Translations under genes and position numbers: made by a program
Shown: positions 43,903 through 58,510 of the stretch, one piece after another
Layout: every line of letters begins with the position of its first letter
How positions within the stretch are numbered: the first letter of the stretch is position 1
The notes under the pieces: generated by a model
Told to the model about the DNA's origin: nothing
The model's input: only the letters and a program-made list of their open reading frames with translations
The model's database searches: none
NCBI GenBank assembly: GCA_964016885.1
Contig: OZ024750.1
Coordinates: forward strand, 20,708,001-20,772,000
Length of the DNA stretch: 64,000 nt
Source: Eledone cirrhosa
Lineage: Eukaryota
Direction: 5' to 3'

Positions 43903-44993
43903 ATATATATATATATACAGACGATTAAATATAGAAAGATGTTAAGGATATATAGTTGTATGTATTAAATAAAAATCTTAGGCGTCACTCGCATACTAAT
44001 TGAAGTTCATGTGAATAATATTACAGCTGGTTACTACCACCAACTTATATTTAAAATTTTACATTATATCTTATCTAACATCAGCTTTTTAATTGCTCAA
44101 AGCATTAAATGTCTCTCGCCTTCTTAATCATTAATTATTATGCAGATGGCGTTTCAAGGTGATTTAACTGTTCATTAAATGCACTTACTCTATGCCATCA
44201 AACATATAATTCTCTAAGCATATTTAACGCTTACAGAACCGGATTACGTTGGTAATACGGTCGCAATTCCATCGTAATACATCACTAGTATAACTGCTAC
44301 AAATTGCTATTACAATCGCAACATAGAAACGCAATATATCATTAATAAAATTGCAATATATTACTAATATAACTGCAATCATCGCTAACATAACCACAAG
44401 TTATATAATGAATCTCTGAAGCATTCCAATAAGAATATATCATATCCGGTGTTGTCTCCCTTGAGTTATCTAGATGAGGACATGCTGCACTGGACTTTTT
44501 TCATCAATTAAGGACTTTTAAGATCAATTATATATATAAGTTTTTTTTTTATATCCACATTTATAAAAATACGGCAAAAAAAGTTGAAAATGTAATTGAA
44601 AATCTAAGGTAATTTATTTACTGGTTTCACTGATATAAGATTTTCAATGATCAAGTCAGATTGAGAGATGTGTGATTATGCCATGATATGTCACGCATGC
44701 AAAATTTCATTCCGTTGTATGCAAAGAATTTGCTCAGATTGCTATTTGTTTAAAGTACCATCTCGTTGTGGATGATCACTTTCTTAGGTATAAAGCATTC
44801 ATGAAGATCATAAAACATTTGAAAATCATAAACATGTGAAACCGATCAACTTATTGGAAATAAATACTTTTAAAGTATCTACCGATACTGCCAATCCACT
44901 GCCCTAAAGGGGGATCATATAATAACTATATATGTGCATATTATAACGTAGTATTCTCCGTATCATAGGCGCCATTGTGACCGGGAAAGAGAG

Positions 44994-45101
<108 letters not shown>

Positions 45102-45303
45102 TTCCAGACATAATTGCTGCTGATTATCTATATTGTATTGCACTTCATACACTTCATACAATTATAATATAGCAAGTTTATAGTGTTTTATGCAGTTTCC
45201 CGGTATATTTAGTCAGAACACAGCATATGTTCCACGTTATAAGCACCATATGAACATTGAAAAAAGAAACACGTCCTTTCCTCTCTTTCATTTTCTGTCT
45301 TCC

Positions 45304-45336
<33 letters not shown>

Positions 45337-46039
45337 GTTTCTCTCTCACTCCCTCTCGGTTTAGAGATTTAACTTATTGCTTGTAATATATAAAATATCT
45401 ACTATATAATTTGGAAGTGGTCGGACGTTGTATATTTAAGTAAGTAGGTGTAGTCGGATAAACGTCGAAACCGCTTGGTGGAATGCAGGGAAAATTTACA
45501 CAGTTATGCAGAATGACCTGAAGAGGCGTTGGGTCGACTTTTAGGGTACAAGCTTCCATGGTTACGGAGAAAATCAATGAAACAGGAATTTCCCATTCAA
45601 ATTGAACTGAGAGTAATCTGTGAACGCAGAAGTCAATATTTCGAGAAACGTTCCAACCGAACGAAAACAGGAAGACGATATTTTGGTTCGTGAAGACGTT
45701 CCCTGGCAATGAACGGGAAAAAAAGGGAGGATAATACGTTGTTATGTGGAGCCAGAAGAACAATTTCATGCAAAGACAAGACCAAGTTTATGGTATAAAT
45801 GGAGTTGTTAGACTAATATTCTATTTAACATAACAGAATGATTTCCAGCCCCGGAGTTTAAGAATGATGTAAATAAAATTGAAAACGAAAATGACAGAGG
45901 TTATTAAAATAGTAAAATAAATAGTGAACATTTAGGCCAGTACATACGTATGCCCCGACGGACATACACATACATACGCACACACAAATACATACCCCCC
46001 ACCCACACACACACACACGCAGATACCCCCCCCCCCCGC

Positions 46040-46079
<40 letters not shown>

Positions 46080-46090
46080 TACACACGCAG

Positions 46091-46143
<53 letters not shown>

Positions 46144-46249
46144 ACACACACACGAGCGCGCGCGTATACAAACCTTATGCATTTCTACAGTATTTTCACC
46201 AAACTTAAGACATAGGTTACTTATGTACTCCGGATGGTCATGGGCACTT

Positions 46250-46589
46250 TCATTTTTACAGATATTTATTATAGGGCCTCCCGGCAGATAACGCCCTTTA
46301 ACCACTTCCTTGGAGTCGACTGAAGAACTGCAGTGCAATGCAACAAAACGTCATAACTTCTGGAGTTCGCAACCGATTTTCACAAAACTTGACACATGGC
46401 TACGTTTGTCCTACGTTTGTCTCAGAATTGACACATATTGAGTAGGGGACCCCTAGGGGCGAAACCCTCTTTTGGAAAAAGCCGATGATTTTGTAAAAGT
46501 ATAGTTTTCGAAGTAGTACTGAAGTATCGATATGAATGGTATACATAACTGCTATTTAATAACCGAGCAACGCCGGGCACCTCTGCTAG
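46250..46589 (+). mobile_element. Non-autonomous Helitron 3' portion
   Basis: The 3' end CCGAGCAACGCCGGG (GC hairpin)-CACCTCTG-CTAG followed by T is the canonical Helitron terminus; internal AACCGATTTTCACAAAACTTG. The 5' boundary is uncertain. Confidence 0.65.
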
Positions 46590-47223
46590 TATAATATATA
46601 ACGTTATTCATGTGTAATTTAAAATACACTATATAATACATGACACACGTTGGTGCTGATAGTATATAAATTACTGCATTTTGATATATGTATGATATGG
46701 TTTTAAATAACAATATTATGTTTACAATAATATTACAAACTTTTTCGATTAGTTACATGTGATAAAGTCCATTGAATACAATTTGAAATTAGATCTTACA
46801 ACATCTTATTTTCTTATTTCACATCAAAACACAATTTCTCGCATTTGTCTGTATCATGGCAGAAAGTATATGATGGTGTGTTATAGAAAAGGAAAGAAAA
46901 CTTACTTGAGAGCGTATATATGTGAGAGCATATGTGCATTCGAAATGGATATAAATAATATATAACATACATTAGACTGGATAAATGAAAGTATGAAAAC
47001 ATAATAATAAAATCAGATAAAAAAAACAAAACAGCATTGATGTATGCAGGCAGAAATTTAACGTAAAGAGTAAGCGAAAAATAAAAGAATGTTTCGTTAT
47101 CTCGCTTGAAGATGTATGGATTAACCTATGATATGTATGTGTTAAGTCTAGAATGATTCAGTATTTAAGGGTATGGTACATGCATATTTGAATCTATGTA
47201 GTCTAGTTCTGTTGAGTAATTAT

Positions 47224-47416
47224 TAATTGTTTCTACTTTTGGCACAAGGTGAGCAATTACACAGTGCATTACTGGTACTTTATTGTATCGCCCCCGTAAG
47301 GATGAAAGGCAAAGTTAACCTCGGCGAGATTTGAAATTAGAATGGCAAGGGCCGTAACTCTATGTATCAAAGCATGGTGACCAACCCTTTATCGATACTG
47401 CCAATCCACCGCCCCT
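47224..47416 (-). mobile_element. tRNA-derived SINE, full length, with 18 bp TSD
   Basis: TGTTGAGTAATTATTAAT at 47210-47227 and 47417-47434 flanks a reverse-complement consensus copy. Confidence 0.92.
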
Positions 47417-50400
47417 TGTTGAGTAATTATTAATGCTAGTTTCAGTGTATCACATAATAGCGATACAATTGACAGCATAAGGTATGCACTGACATTCCGT
47501 TACTATACCATTTTAAGATGAGGGGTTGTCTTAACTAATGATTACTAATATTTCAACTATAATTATGTTCCATATCGTTTGGGGAAACTACTAGTTGGCA
47601 AGTGCAGACAAGTACCGAAGATGTCCGCGCTTCTATGAATTAACTACGGTGAATATTTAAGAATATTTAAGAACACAGGATACACCACGATCTGGAAGTA
47701 CCTCAAGAATGCTAGACCATTCTAAATGAATATTGATTGTTATCTTCTTGAGCTCCGAGCTATATTCGGACAACGCCGTGCGTTCGCACTTCTCAATACT
47801 GATAAATGTGTGATAATAATTGTACCATCGGTATTTAAAGCTGGTCAACGTTGCCTCGACATATGTATATGCAGGGTTTGAGGTGATAACTCTACTTGGT
47901 CTAATTGGTAGACCAGTTTCACCTCATGCTATAGCTATATGGTATGTCAACAGACGGACATCCATACCTACCTACATACCTATATATATATATATATATA
48001 TATATATAGATGCACATATATATATATATATATATATATGCGCGCGTGTGTGTGTGTGTGTGTGTGTAGGCATGTGCGTGTTTCTGTCTGTCTATTTCTC
48101 TCTGTATATTTATCGGTTTTTACGAATACATCTATCTTCGGATGAGATGAACTACAACAACAACGAAGCACGAATCCCAATAGGAAGATAGATTGATAAA
48201 TATATATCTAGAAAAGAATTCCTCGCAATTTAGTTGATATAAGTTTGAGATTGGTTAAAGTATATATAGAATAATATTATTCTAAGATATTTTTGTATAA
48301 AACTATTCATAAGTTTAATTCCTTCCATGAGAGTCAGAAGTCAACATAAATTTTGGGATTACTCTTATGTAAAGCAGTATTTTATGAAATTGCAAATTTC
48401 GTAGTGTGTAGGTTTGTCCATATGTCTGGTATATATATACCATGCCAATCCAGTTCTACGAAAATTAAATACGTTCAATACGACACAAGACCATTACTAT
48501 TTACAAATATTTCTGTCTGAAAAAATACGATTTAGTTTAGAACACTGTAAGAGACTGGGACAGTAAATAGACATGTCTAACATTCATCCACCTGGAAACT
48601 GATCCAATATTTATCGATCTCTAAATTGAGAGAAATGTATGAATTCAGCTTACTACAATGTTCAATGTAGATGTTCCATTTTCAGATTAATCATTCTTTT
48701 GGTTGATTACGGCGTCTAATTGGCAACGTTTTTATGAAGAGTGGTGGCATTGTAATTTCAAATCCTGCTGAGATCCTCTTTGCCTTTCAACTTTCCAGGG
48801 TCAGATAAACTAAATTTCCACTCAAATATCGGGGCCAATTACTCCCTGATGCTGAACTCGTTTCAAATTTAAAAACTATTATTCACAGATGGTGGCTTGG
48901 TGCAGTCGTTGATCATCAGATTAAAGGTCTCGATATTTGTTTCACCTCAATGCACTCTACTCTCAGGTTCCACCGAGGTGAACATTGCGTGTTATCCTAG
49001 CCATGGCATATGTGCTTTGCACTATCTGATCTGTTTTTGTCCGTTCTGAATCGAAATCCCACATCCTTCTCTTGTTTGTTTTGGTTGTGCGGTGTGGACG
49101 GCGGTATTCATGTTGGTAGACAAAGGCAGTGGTGCAAAATCTAATACGTTCGCAGCCACTGCACCTGATATTATGTTTTGATTGCTGTTGTTGTGAGCTG
49201 CAAAAGGATAAAGAAAGTTTAAAAAAATCTAGATTTGACTTTCTATTTGTTTTGGCTAATTCGGAGTAACAAACATAAATTAATTATGTTATTTAGTTAC
49301 CTTTTTTACGTTCTGATTTCAAATACATCAATGGCCAACTTTCTCATTCATCCTTCCTACATCGATGAAATAAATATCAACCAAGACTTAGGGTCAATAC
49401 AGTCACATTCCATCTCTTCGTAAAATGTTCGACTTTGTACCTAAATTATAAACCATTATGAAATATTTCAGTCAGTTTTTGTTTTTGTTATCGTTAAGCC
49501 ATATTGATAAGTTAATCCCTCTGCTCAATTGATACATTTCTTCCTACACTAACCATTGCTATTGAGATATAATAATATTTGCATTCCAAGATGGACCTGT
49601 GAAGACATGTTTCAGATCAGTGGCAGAAGATGAAATAGGCATGGATCTGGATTTGCCTGGGAGTAGGCTCGATAGAGGACTTGCAACAGTCCTGATTGGA
49701 GATCTCACGTCAAAACATGTTCCATAGAAAGCATAAGAAACTATCTAGGTTATGATTTGAGAAATATATGCTTTATATTTCTAGAGGTTAGAACGACTAA
49801 GAAGGCGTCTCCTATTTTGACACACAGTAATTTATTTTAATATTCCGTTATGTTATTGTGGTACAAATACCAGAAATTCTATGTTTCTGTAGAAAAAAAG
49901 AGAAGCACATTTTGGAAAAATATAAAATCGTGAGCAAGAAATGTTTTTTATTGGTGTTGATGCTATCTTTGCTGAAGTTGTTGTTTTCAATATTGATGCA
50001 GTTTTTTGCTTTGTGTGTTTTTGGTTTTGTCTTTGCAATTTTCCTTGTTGCCGCCGTCGTCGTCATTGGCACCGTCTTTGTTAGTTATTATATTTGTTGT
50101 TACTGCTGTCGTCGTCATCGTTATATTTTACATCAATATTGCTACGGTTTTGTTGTTTATATCGTCGTCATAATGGTTGCTTTTGTATTTGTCAGTATTT
50201 GTTATTGTCGTTGTAACTCGAGCAGTTGCCAATGTCAACAATGACATTGTTGTTGCTGTTATTCACATTGTTTTTTGCTGTTGCTGTTGTTGTTGTTGTG
50301 GTGGTGGTGGTGGTGTTGGTGGTGGTTGTGGTGATGATGGTGGTGGTGGTAGTGGTTATGGTGGTGGTGGTGGTTGCTGTAGTGGTGTTGGGTTTAGCTC

Positions 50401-50940
50401 TTATAATCGTAGTTGTTGTTACAGTTGTTTTTTGTCATTGTTCCTGTTACTGTGATGTTGCTGTTCTTCGTTATCGTTGAACTTGATAAATTCGATGTTG
50501 TTATTCAGCCCCAGTTCAGCTATCATCAACTAGATTTGTGGTATGTAAAGAATGGCGGTCACACAAAATAAATCGTGATAATTCAACGTCTATATTTCCA
50601 CACCCATTTTCGTTATTGCAACATTTTGCGTGATCTAGAATTGAAGTAAGTAAACATGTTTTAAAATGAGTAATTAACTGAAAGTACGGTTTCTTGGCAG
50701 CGGATTGTCAGAATCGTCAAGAAGTTTGGTTATCAATGTTTGTTTCAAGCAGTGATCATGTCACAGCTATCCCAGTGGCCAGTAAGAATGTTAGACATCT
50801 CTTTTCGAACATTCACCAGTCATAAGTGACATTTACATAATCGCTACTGAGACAAGCATACGCTACAGATTTATGGCTTTTTGCTCATGAACTTCGACTG
50901 GAGATGCTCATTTGATTATAATGTAACCATGCCATGCTAG

Positions 50941-51269
50941 AAAAATGGCGTAAACACTACCATCCTGCACAATAGGAGGAAACATGATAATAGTACCACT
51001 GATGATGTTGCAGATGTGCAACGAAAGAACTTTGTTAGACTATATATATATATTTATATTTGTAATTTTAACCATTGCTCAATCAATGATAAACATTGTT
51101 TGCCAAATAAATTAGATATGTAGAAGCGAAAACCAACCAAACAGTGAGTGTGTTCTGTTATTATTTATGGCAATATTATTACAATAATATGACCCTCCCC
51201 AAGTATAACAATATATATATATATATTGTTTTACTTGGGGAGGGTCATATTATTGTAATAATATTGCCA
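50941..51269 (+). mobile_element. Diverged copy of the 14665-14968 arm (hammerhead-like core at 50999-51026) plus a tail-to-tail inverted 3' end
   Basis: AAAAATGGCGTA...CCACTGATGATGTTGCAGATGTGCAACGAAAG...GAAGCGAAAACCAACCAAACAGTGAGTGTGTTCTG...GACCCTCCCCAA. Inverted copy of 51168-51212 at 51225-51269. Confidence 0.8.
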
Positions 51270-51270
51270 G

Positions 51271-51306
<36 letters not shown>

Positions 51307-51451
51307 AGTGTTGTGGGAAAATAACAGTGAGGCATACATTTTGATGTTCAATATTTCGTTTAGTAATGAGTATTAATAATTATGGCACATGTTTCGATAC
51401 AACACATAATATAATATTCAATCCCTGACCTAGGAACCAAACCTTTATATA

Positions 51452-51568
<117 letters not shown>

Positions 51569-51629
51569 GGATTGGTTAGAGATAGTGAGTGAGATAGAAT
51601 AACATCCTATAGAAAGAAAATAAGTGAGA

Positions 51630-51842
<213 letters not shown>

Positions 51843-52221
51843 CCATTATTATGGTGAGAATAAAAACCACAATCCTTATATATACTTTCAGTTTAAGGGT
51901 GCGGTTCTCTTTGTAGTTCATCATTCCACATTCAAGAAAATAAATTATCCATCGTCATTAAAATCTTTTCAGTTCATCCCAGAAAATCTGACATCCAATG
52001 CGCGTTGCTAAGAACTCATTGTGCGAGACAATATTTAATGTAATTATGTTTATACCCAAACAATTAATCTATAAAAGGAGTGACAAAATCAGTAATGCAC
52101 TGGGTAACCTATCCTGCAATATATATTATGTACTCTTGAATATCTTCTGTTCAAATCCCGCTGGCGTTAGAGTAATAATTAATATTTCTATAATCAGTAA
52201 TCGAAGTACCAGTAATATATG

Positions 52222-52380
52222 ATTTCTGGTATAGGCACAAGGCCAGTAATTTGGGGAGAGGGGAAAGTCGATTAAATCGACGCCAGTATGTTACTGGTGC
52301 TTTATTTTATCGACCCCGTAAGGGTGAAAGGCAAAGTTAACCTCGGTGGGATTTGAACTCAGACCGTAGAGGATCGTAAG
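52222..52380 (-). mobile_element. SINE copy (long variant with gtcgattaaatcgac insert), 5'-truncated
   Basis: ggcacaaggccagtaatttggggagagggg..aagtcgattaaatcgac...cgaccccgtaagggtgaaaggcaaagttaacctcgg. Confidence 0.85.
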
Positions 52381-52817
52381 CATTGCGTGGCAGGAGCGAA
52401 GCGTTCAGCTTCCTGTATCCAGATGCCTGTCTATGAAGCCTATCTGCGTTGATAGGCTTGCTAGACAGGGATCCGCAAATTGATGGTCTGTGCAGTCGAT
52501 TATCTTGAATTGTGACAACCTATACTACAACTATCTTTTTCCTTTCAATACGCCCTCTATAGATACGATATGGATGACCCGATGCGCTTTGTCCATTTCC
52601 AGTTGCTTTTGCTGTTGTTGTTGTCGTTGATGCTCTTGTCGTTTTGTTGTTGTAGTTGCCGTTGTTGCAGCTGCTGGTGCTGTTACTGCTGCTTTCGCAT
52701 TAGAAATGCAACCTTTACCGACAGTCGATGTTAGAAATTCAGATGCACAACACAACTATAATACACGCTATTACCAATATCATTGAAATATAAATGGTCT
52801 TAGAATCCAATAGACGT

Positions 52818-53059
52818 TTAATTCTTTCGTTACTATATTTTAAATGAAAGTCGATGCCTTACACTTTGAAATGATTTTGAAGATAATGAAAAATTTAGAG
52901 AGAATTAGTAATATAATTAACTTTTTCATTATTAAGATGGTATTTGGAGTATAACCTAAAGCCTCTTACACTAAATTATAATGGAAGGATTTTAGATAAA
53001 TATAAACTGTATCGTATCATAGAAGTAGAAGCTGTTTCATTCAGTATCCAAAGTGTTAA
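52818..53059. mobile_element. Possible degraded piggyBac-like MITE
   Basis: Bounded by TTAA-TTCTTTCGTTAC and GTATCCAAAGTG-TTAA (weak TIRs, TTAA at both ends). Confidence 0.3.
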
Positions 53060-54034
53060 TCCAATAAATTTAACGAAGAAGCCAATAGAAGTATACAGGT
53101 GTTGAAATTTAATATTTAATTTTCTCCTCATCTGATCTCAAATTAAAACAAAATGAGTATAAGAGCACAAGTAAATTAAGGAGAAAATCCATTGCACAAC
53201 AATTGTCCTTCTTTCGTTCTCACCCTCCCTGCATTATCTTTCTTTCTCTGTCTCTCTCCCTATGTGTATATCTATTTGTCTCAATCCCCTGCCATATATT
53301 CTATGCTCTCATGAAAACTAATTAAAATATATTATTTTCGTTACTCTATAGGGCATGCATTTCATTGTGAATTAAGATATGTACACGCGTAAAATACGCC
53401 AGGAGTTCCATCAATGGATGCATCTTGTGTAAATATATATTTAGAGCGATCTGGAAATTGATTCAAACTTGAACAAAACAGGGAAGAAAGGAAAGTAGAG
53501 TTTGAAAGAAAATTAGAATGTTCTGGTCTGAGCTTGAAACATATAGAATGTCATGTTTTGTCCATTTTAGACAGTTATACTTCTAATATAATTATATCTA
53601 ACAACCACACAGAACATTCAACATGTTACATGTGTGTTGTAGACATGTTTGATCTACGAAAAAAAAATATATATATATACCAGCGGAATTAACTTACATT
53701 ACAGAGATGTTTGTACCATTCAAACCATTATCAGACAGGTTCAACGTGACAATTCGTTTGACAAGGCTCAACTTTAGTTTTGTGAAACAGAAAATAACAT
53801 TAAGGTTTGTTGGACAGGTGGATATATTATGATACGTATCATCGTGTTGAACGGAGGTGGTTAAATATTCATCGTAGTTACATTTTATTATCTATGTGTG
53901 TTGTCATTCATCTTTAGCGTTGCGAATCATTTAAGTTTTCAGTGAGTTAGAAAATGATAAAGAAAGACAAAAGAAATAAGGTGACAATTCCAGCTTCTAT
54001 CACAATGCAATTGTAACCTAAGAAAATATGAAAG

Positions 54035-54352
54035 AACAACCGAACTCCCACTGTCATCGCCTCCATCTTTCTGGCCTTCCCCATCTCTCCGTATGGTGAG
54101 CAAATGTGGTCCCACATGCTGGCCTCCCCACAGCCCCGGCGGACAGAATGGAGAAGGCGTTTCCCTGGAGGATGGTAAGGGAGATGCGCTGGAAGAGCCA
54201 TTCCAACTCGCGAGGCTCACAACTGCATCTGGACAGCTCAGCCCCTATGGTGGTGAGTAGAGAGGTAGCCCTAGAGCCAAGGACATCAGAAGACCCACTG
54301 CCAAGGGTACGACCGCAAACCTGTCGGAGAGCGACCGGAACTTGGAGAAGAA
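54035..54352 (-). mobile_element. CRE-clade non-LTR retrotransposon 3' end (restriction-like endonuclease C-terminus), frameshifted
   Basis: Two overlapping ORFs join to SKFRSLSDRFAVVPLAV/SSDVLGSRATSLLTTIGAELSRCSCEPRELEWLFQRISLTILQGNAFSIL, the KY..L...F.P.AVE..G..G...QRIS.AI.RGNA pattern of CRE elements. Confidence 0.75.
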
Positions 54353-54902
54353 CCAATTAATTTTCTTCAAGCTGAGAGAAGTGGAGCAACGAAAATTAAA
54401 CAACACGTCATCTGTTCCAGGTATCAAACTCACAACATTATCATCACGACTCAAAAAACCACGCTATATAGAAAATACATATACATAAATGTATATATGA
54501 TACCTTTATAGATGATAAACATGCAAGTCTCGCTATGAATTTTTAAAACTGTTATCATGTCTCTGCTATGACATCTGCTATAGGGTAGCTGTGATATAAA
54601 TGTACATATGAACATATGCACATATATAAAAATATATCATTAATAGATAGGAACATACTCTACAGTTTGGTCGATTGCATTTTCTAACTCGAGGATTTGA
54701 ATTACAGTATGCATATCTTTATTCGTCAATACTGTTTATTGACCTTGCTAGTGTTTTACTTTTTATAATTGGATATTATTGTAAGAGGTTTATTTTTATT
54801 TTGACCTTTATTAGAATAGCTACATTTAGTGACCTGTGTGTATAGATTTCGGTGTTCTTTGGATTAAGAGGGTATTTCTGCATTTAGCTATTTATAGGTT
54901 AT

Positions 54903-55088
54903 TTGGCATTATCGGTAGAGGGTCGGAGGCCATGCTTTGCAGCAAAGTGTTATGGCCCTTTATGGTCTAAGTTCAAATCCCACCGAAGTTAACTTTGCCT
55001 TTCATCCTTACGGGGTCGATAAAATAAAGTACCAGTAATACACTGGGAGAATTGCTGGCCTTGGGCCAAAAGTAAAAACAATTATTAT
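54903..55088 (+). mobile_element. tRNA-derived SINE
   Basis: Matches the consensus, including the B-box gttcaaatccc and the ctttcatccttacggggtcgataaaataaagtaccagt body. Confidence 0.9.
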
Positions 55089-55785
55089 AAATGAATAGGA
55101 TTTGATCTTTGATTTATCGTACGGCGCTCTGATAGTCAAAAGTCTTGGGACGTGAGCTCTTGACAAAATATTATTTCTGAATATTTAAACGTGGTTTATA
55201 TATGTTAATCAGTAATTTTGCCTTGTTTATTCTTTCTTTATCAATAATGTCATTAGAACATTGATAAATTTTTGAAAAATTCAGTATTAGGGAATATTCC
55301 TCCCGGCACATATGTCTTATATCCACTCATTGGAATTTTGTATTTATATCTCAAGTTTGTTACATAATAGAGATATATAAACACACACACGAGCAGGGAA
55401 ACAAGTCTAGAGGTAGTGAAAAGGGGATAGAAAGATATAGACACATAGATAAAATAGAAAGATAGACAGAAAGACAGATGGAGAAAAGGACTGAGAAACG
55501 GACAGTTAGATATATGCATGTGTGTGTTACTGTATGTCTTTCTGTGTGTGGCAGAGTATGTGTTTGTGTGTGAGAAAGTAACTGTAAACATGATAATTGT
55601 TTTTGCATCCGTGACTGTGTATGTATAAGTAAAGAGTCATTGCTCTAATCCATATGTTTATATTTGTGTGTGTAGTATATGTGAGCACACTAACAGACAT
55701 AAAAGTGGCGAGCAGTGGTGAAGAAAGAAAGAGAAAGAGAGGGAAACTTAGTGTGAAAGAAACAAGGAAACAGAAGTATATATAC

Positions 55786-55839
<54 letters not shown>

Positions 55840-55988
55840 TATATATATACACACACACACAGTAGGAAAGAGATAGAGGGAAGGAGGGAAACAGGAAGCG
55901 ATTTGACAATGGTGACAGTGGCATCAGCAGCAAAATGGGATGTTGGACAGATGAGAAGATAAACTGTTTGTGGGAAATAGTAAAGACA

Positions 55989-56087
<99 letters not shown>

Positions 56088-56327
56088 CATACATAGATAC
56101 GCCCCTTTCTTTTTATTTGTTTCACTCAGCAGTAGATTGCGGCAACGCTGGGGCCACACCGTGATGTAGTGGATCATATCAATTCTAGCACTTATTCTTT
56201 CATGTCTGATGTTATGCTATCGTTCTTTTTGGGTCGAACCACAGATACAAACATTATTCACAAACATATTGGCTTATATATATGGAGCGGGGTGCTTACG
56301 TGTGTGTGTTATTTTTCTGTAAATAAA

Positions 56328-56498
56328 TAATTGTTTCTACGTTAGGCACAAGGCCAGCAATTACACAGTGCATTACTGGTACTTTATTTTCTCGACCCCG
56401 TAAGGATGAAAGGCAAAGTCAACCGCGGCAGGATTTGAACTCCGATCGTAAAGGGACGTAACTATGCTGGTAAGCATGGCGTCCGACCCTCTACCGAT
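56328..56498 (-). mobile_element. tRNA-derived SINE
   Basis: Reverse-complement consensus from ataattgtttctac to ccgaccctctaccgata. Confidence 0.9.
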
Positions 56499-57149
56499 AA
56501 AATAATATGTTTTGTCTACAAACACAATTAACAGCACCTCGGTTTTACGTACTCGTAATTATGTCGTAAAGCCTCAGTCTGCCCTATTTACCGCAATTTA
56601 ACTATTCGTTTGCCATCCTGTGTGTACTGGTGAGAACGATAGTAACTTTAAAGCGTTAAAATCATTGTGATCTTCAGTAGTTAGCTGCCGTGGAAAGGAT
56701 GTATCCATGTCTCTATTGTTGATTATAATTTCTTTAGCCAACACAGGCCTCTCTAACCTCTATCTAAAAATAGACAATACGCCAACGACGAGCCTCCTCT
56801 CGTAACTTCTCTCTTGGTTTCAATCTCTATCTCTTTTCATCCGTCTCTTTCAACCTATTTATATACACACTACTGTCGTTTCCCTACTTCACACCCACGC
56901 CGTTCTGTTGTCTCCCCAGTAGGTTGTTGAAGGAAGAATATGAAGAATGACATGAATGAATGAATGAATGAATAGAGGAATAATCTAATTATATTTATCT
57001 AAAAACCTTCAAAGAGTATTCTATATTATATAACATTCGTTAAGTAAAATTGTTGAAAATGGCCTAGACTCCTTTCACATATTGTGCTAAATATAAACAT
57101 ATCATGTGAACTACAGATTTCTCGAAAAAATATCACATGATCCACATCG

Positions 57150-57332
57150 AACACGGAAGAGCTGAACTCCTACTGCCATCGCCTCCATCTCTCTCACCCT
57201 CCTCATCACTCTGTATCGTGAGCAAATCGGGTTACATGTGCTGGCCGCCCCACAGCCCCGGCGGACAGAATGGCGAAGGCGTTTCCCCGGACGAGGTGCT
57301 GGAAGAGCCATTCCATCTCGCGAGGCTCACTG
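57150..57332 (-). mobile_element. Second CRE-like 3' fragment (UTR-like relic also at ~58872-58960)
   Basis: EPREMEWLFQHLVRGNAFAILSAGAVGRP; nucleotide match to 54040-54222. Confidence 0.75.
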
Positions 57333-58298
57333 TTGCCAGTCTCTTTACTGTCAAAATATTGAAGCTGTTTTGTTTTTAACTTCATATATATACATACACC
57401 CTCCATAAAATCATCTTCAAAGAATTAAGTGATATTATTATGTAGCTCATATCTGATAATAATTATTTAAGGATATGCTTTCATATTCATAAGATTCAAA
57501 CTAATTAAATCTCTCATTCACATTTTTTTTTTAATTTCTACTCTTTCATCCTTTAAGGTTTCTTTAAACGTACTTACACACTTGCATGTTCTTTTAGATA
57601 CTTTCTGAATCTAGAACCTTCTCTAATTAATATTTAGCTTAATATTTATTTTTAGTAATTAGAAAGGCTTCTTTATTTCATACTATATGCACTATGCCCT
57701 TGACGATTTAAATTAAAGCCAATTCATTACGCCTGAAGTAGCCTACTTTAATACAATGCACTCTAATATGTACATAGAACATACTAAATTAATATCTTTA
57801 ATAATAATTATTAATTGACATTAATTAATTATTCATCAGTATTAATCTAAATTTTATGCTTTTCTTTAATACTTTAGAATTTCTGCAATATATTTTTCAA
57901 ATAATTTTGTAATAAAATAAATAGTGTAGCTAAATTTCTTTAAGAAACATTCCCTTTCATATCTTTAACCATTACACCTATAGACCCTTTTGATAATAAA
58001 ACCGCCTGGAGCCGTCCATGATTCTATGATTAAATGTTGTTTGTTATAAAAAATTTATATTTATTTAAAATATCTTCAATCCTAAGTTTATATAAAGTTG
58101 TTCGTTAAATATGCTCGAACCATCGTCCCTATAATCAGAATTGTATAATATTAAATCCAACTCTTGCTTAGTTGCAAAATTATTTGAAGACGTAGGCGGT
58201 ATGTTTCATAAGAAATAAGGTAATGGAAGTGTTACATAGATCCAGACACCCCACCCTATTTTGCAGTTTTGTTTCTGTTATTATATCTTTGTGTACAT

Positions 58299-58510
58299 AG
58301 GGTGTTGGATTGGCAGTATCGGTAGAGAGTCGGACACCCTACCTTGTATAATAGAGTTACGGCCTGAGATTAGATTCCACCGGGGTTAACTTTGCCTTTC
58401 ACCCATACGGGGTCGATAAAATAAAGCATCAGTAACGTGCTGTGGTCGAATTAATCGACCCCCCCCACACACACACACAAATTATTGGCCCTGTGCCTAT
58501 ACGATAAATC
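58299..58510 (+). mobile_element. tRNA-derived SINE with 19 bp TSD
   Basis: ATTATATCTTTGTGTACAT at 58280-58298 and 58511-58529. Confidence 0.92.

Noticed and set aside
45374-45769. 131 aa ORF, and CTGAAGA at ~45518 as a hammerhead
   Set aside because: No recognisable protein motif; no correctly placed GAAA or stems around the CTGAAGA.
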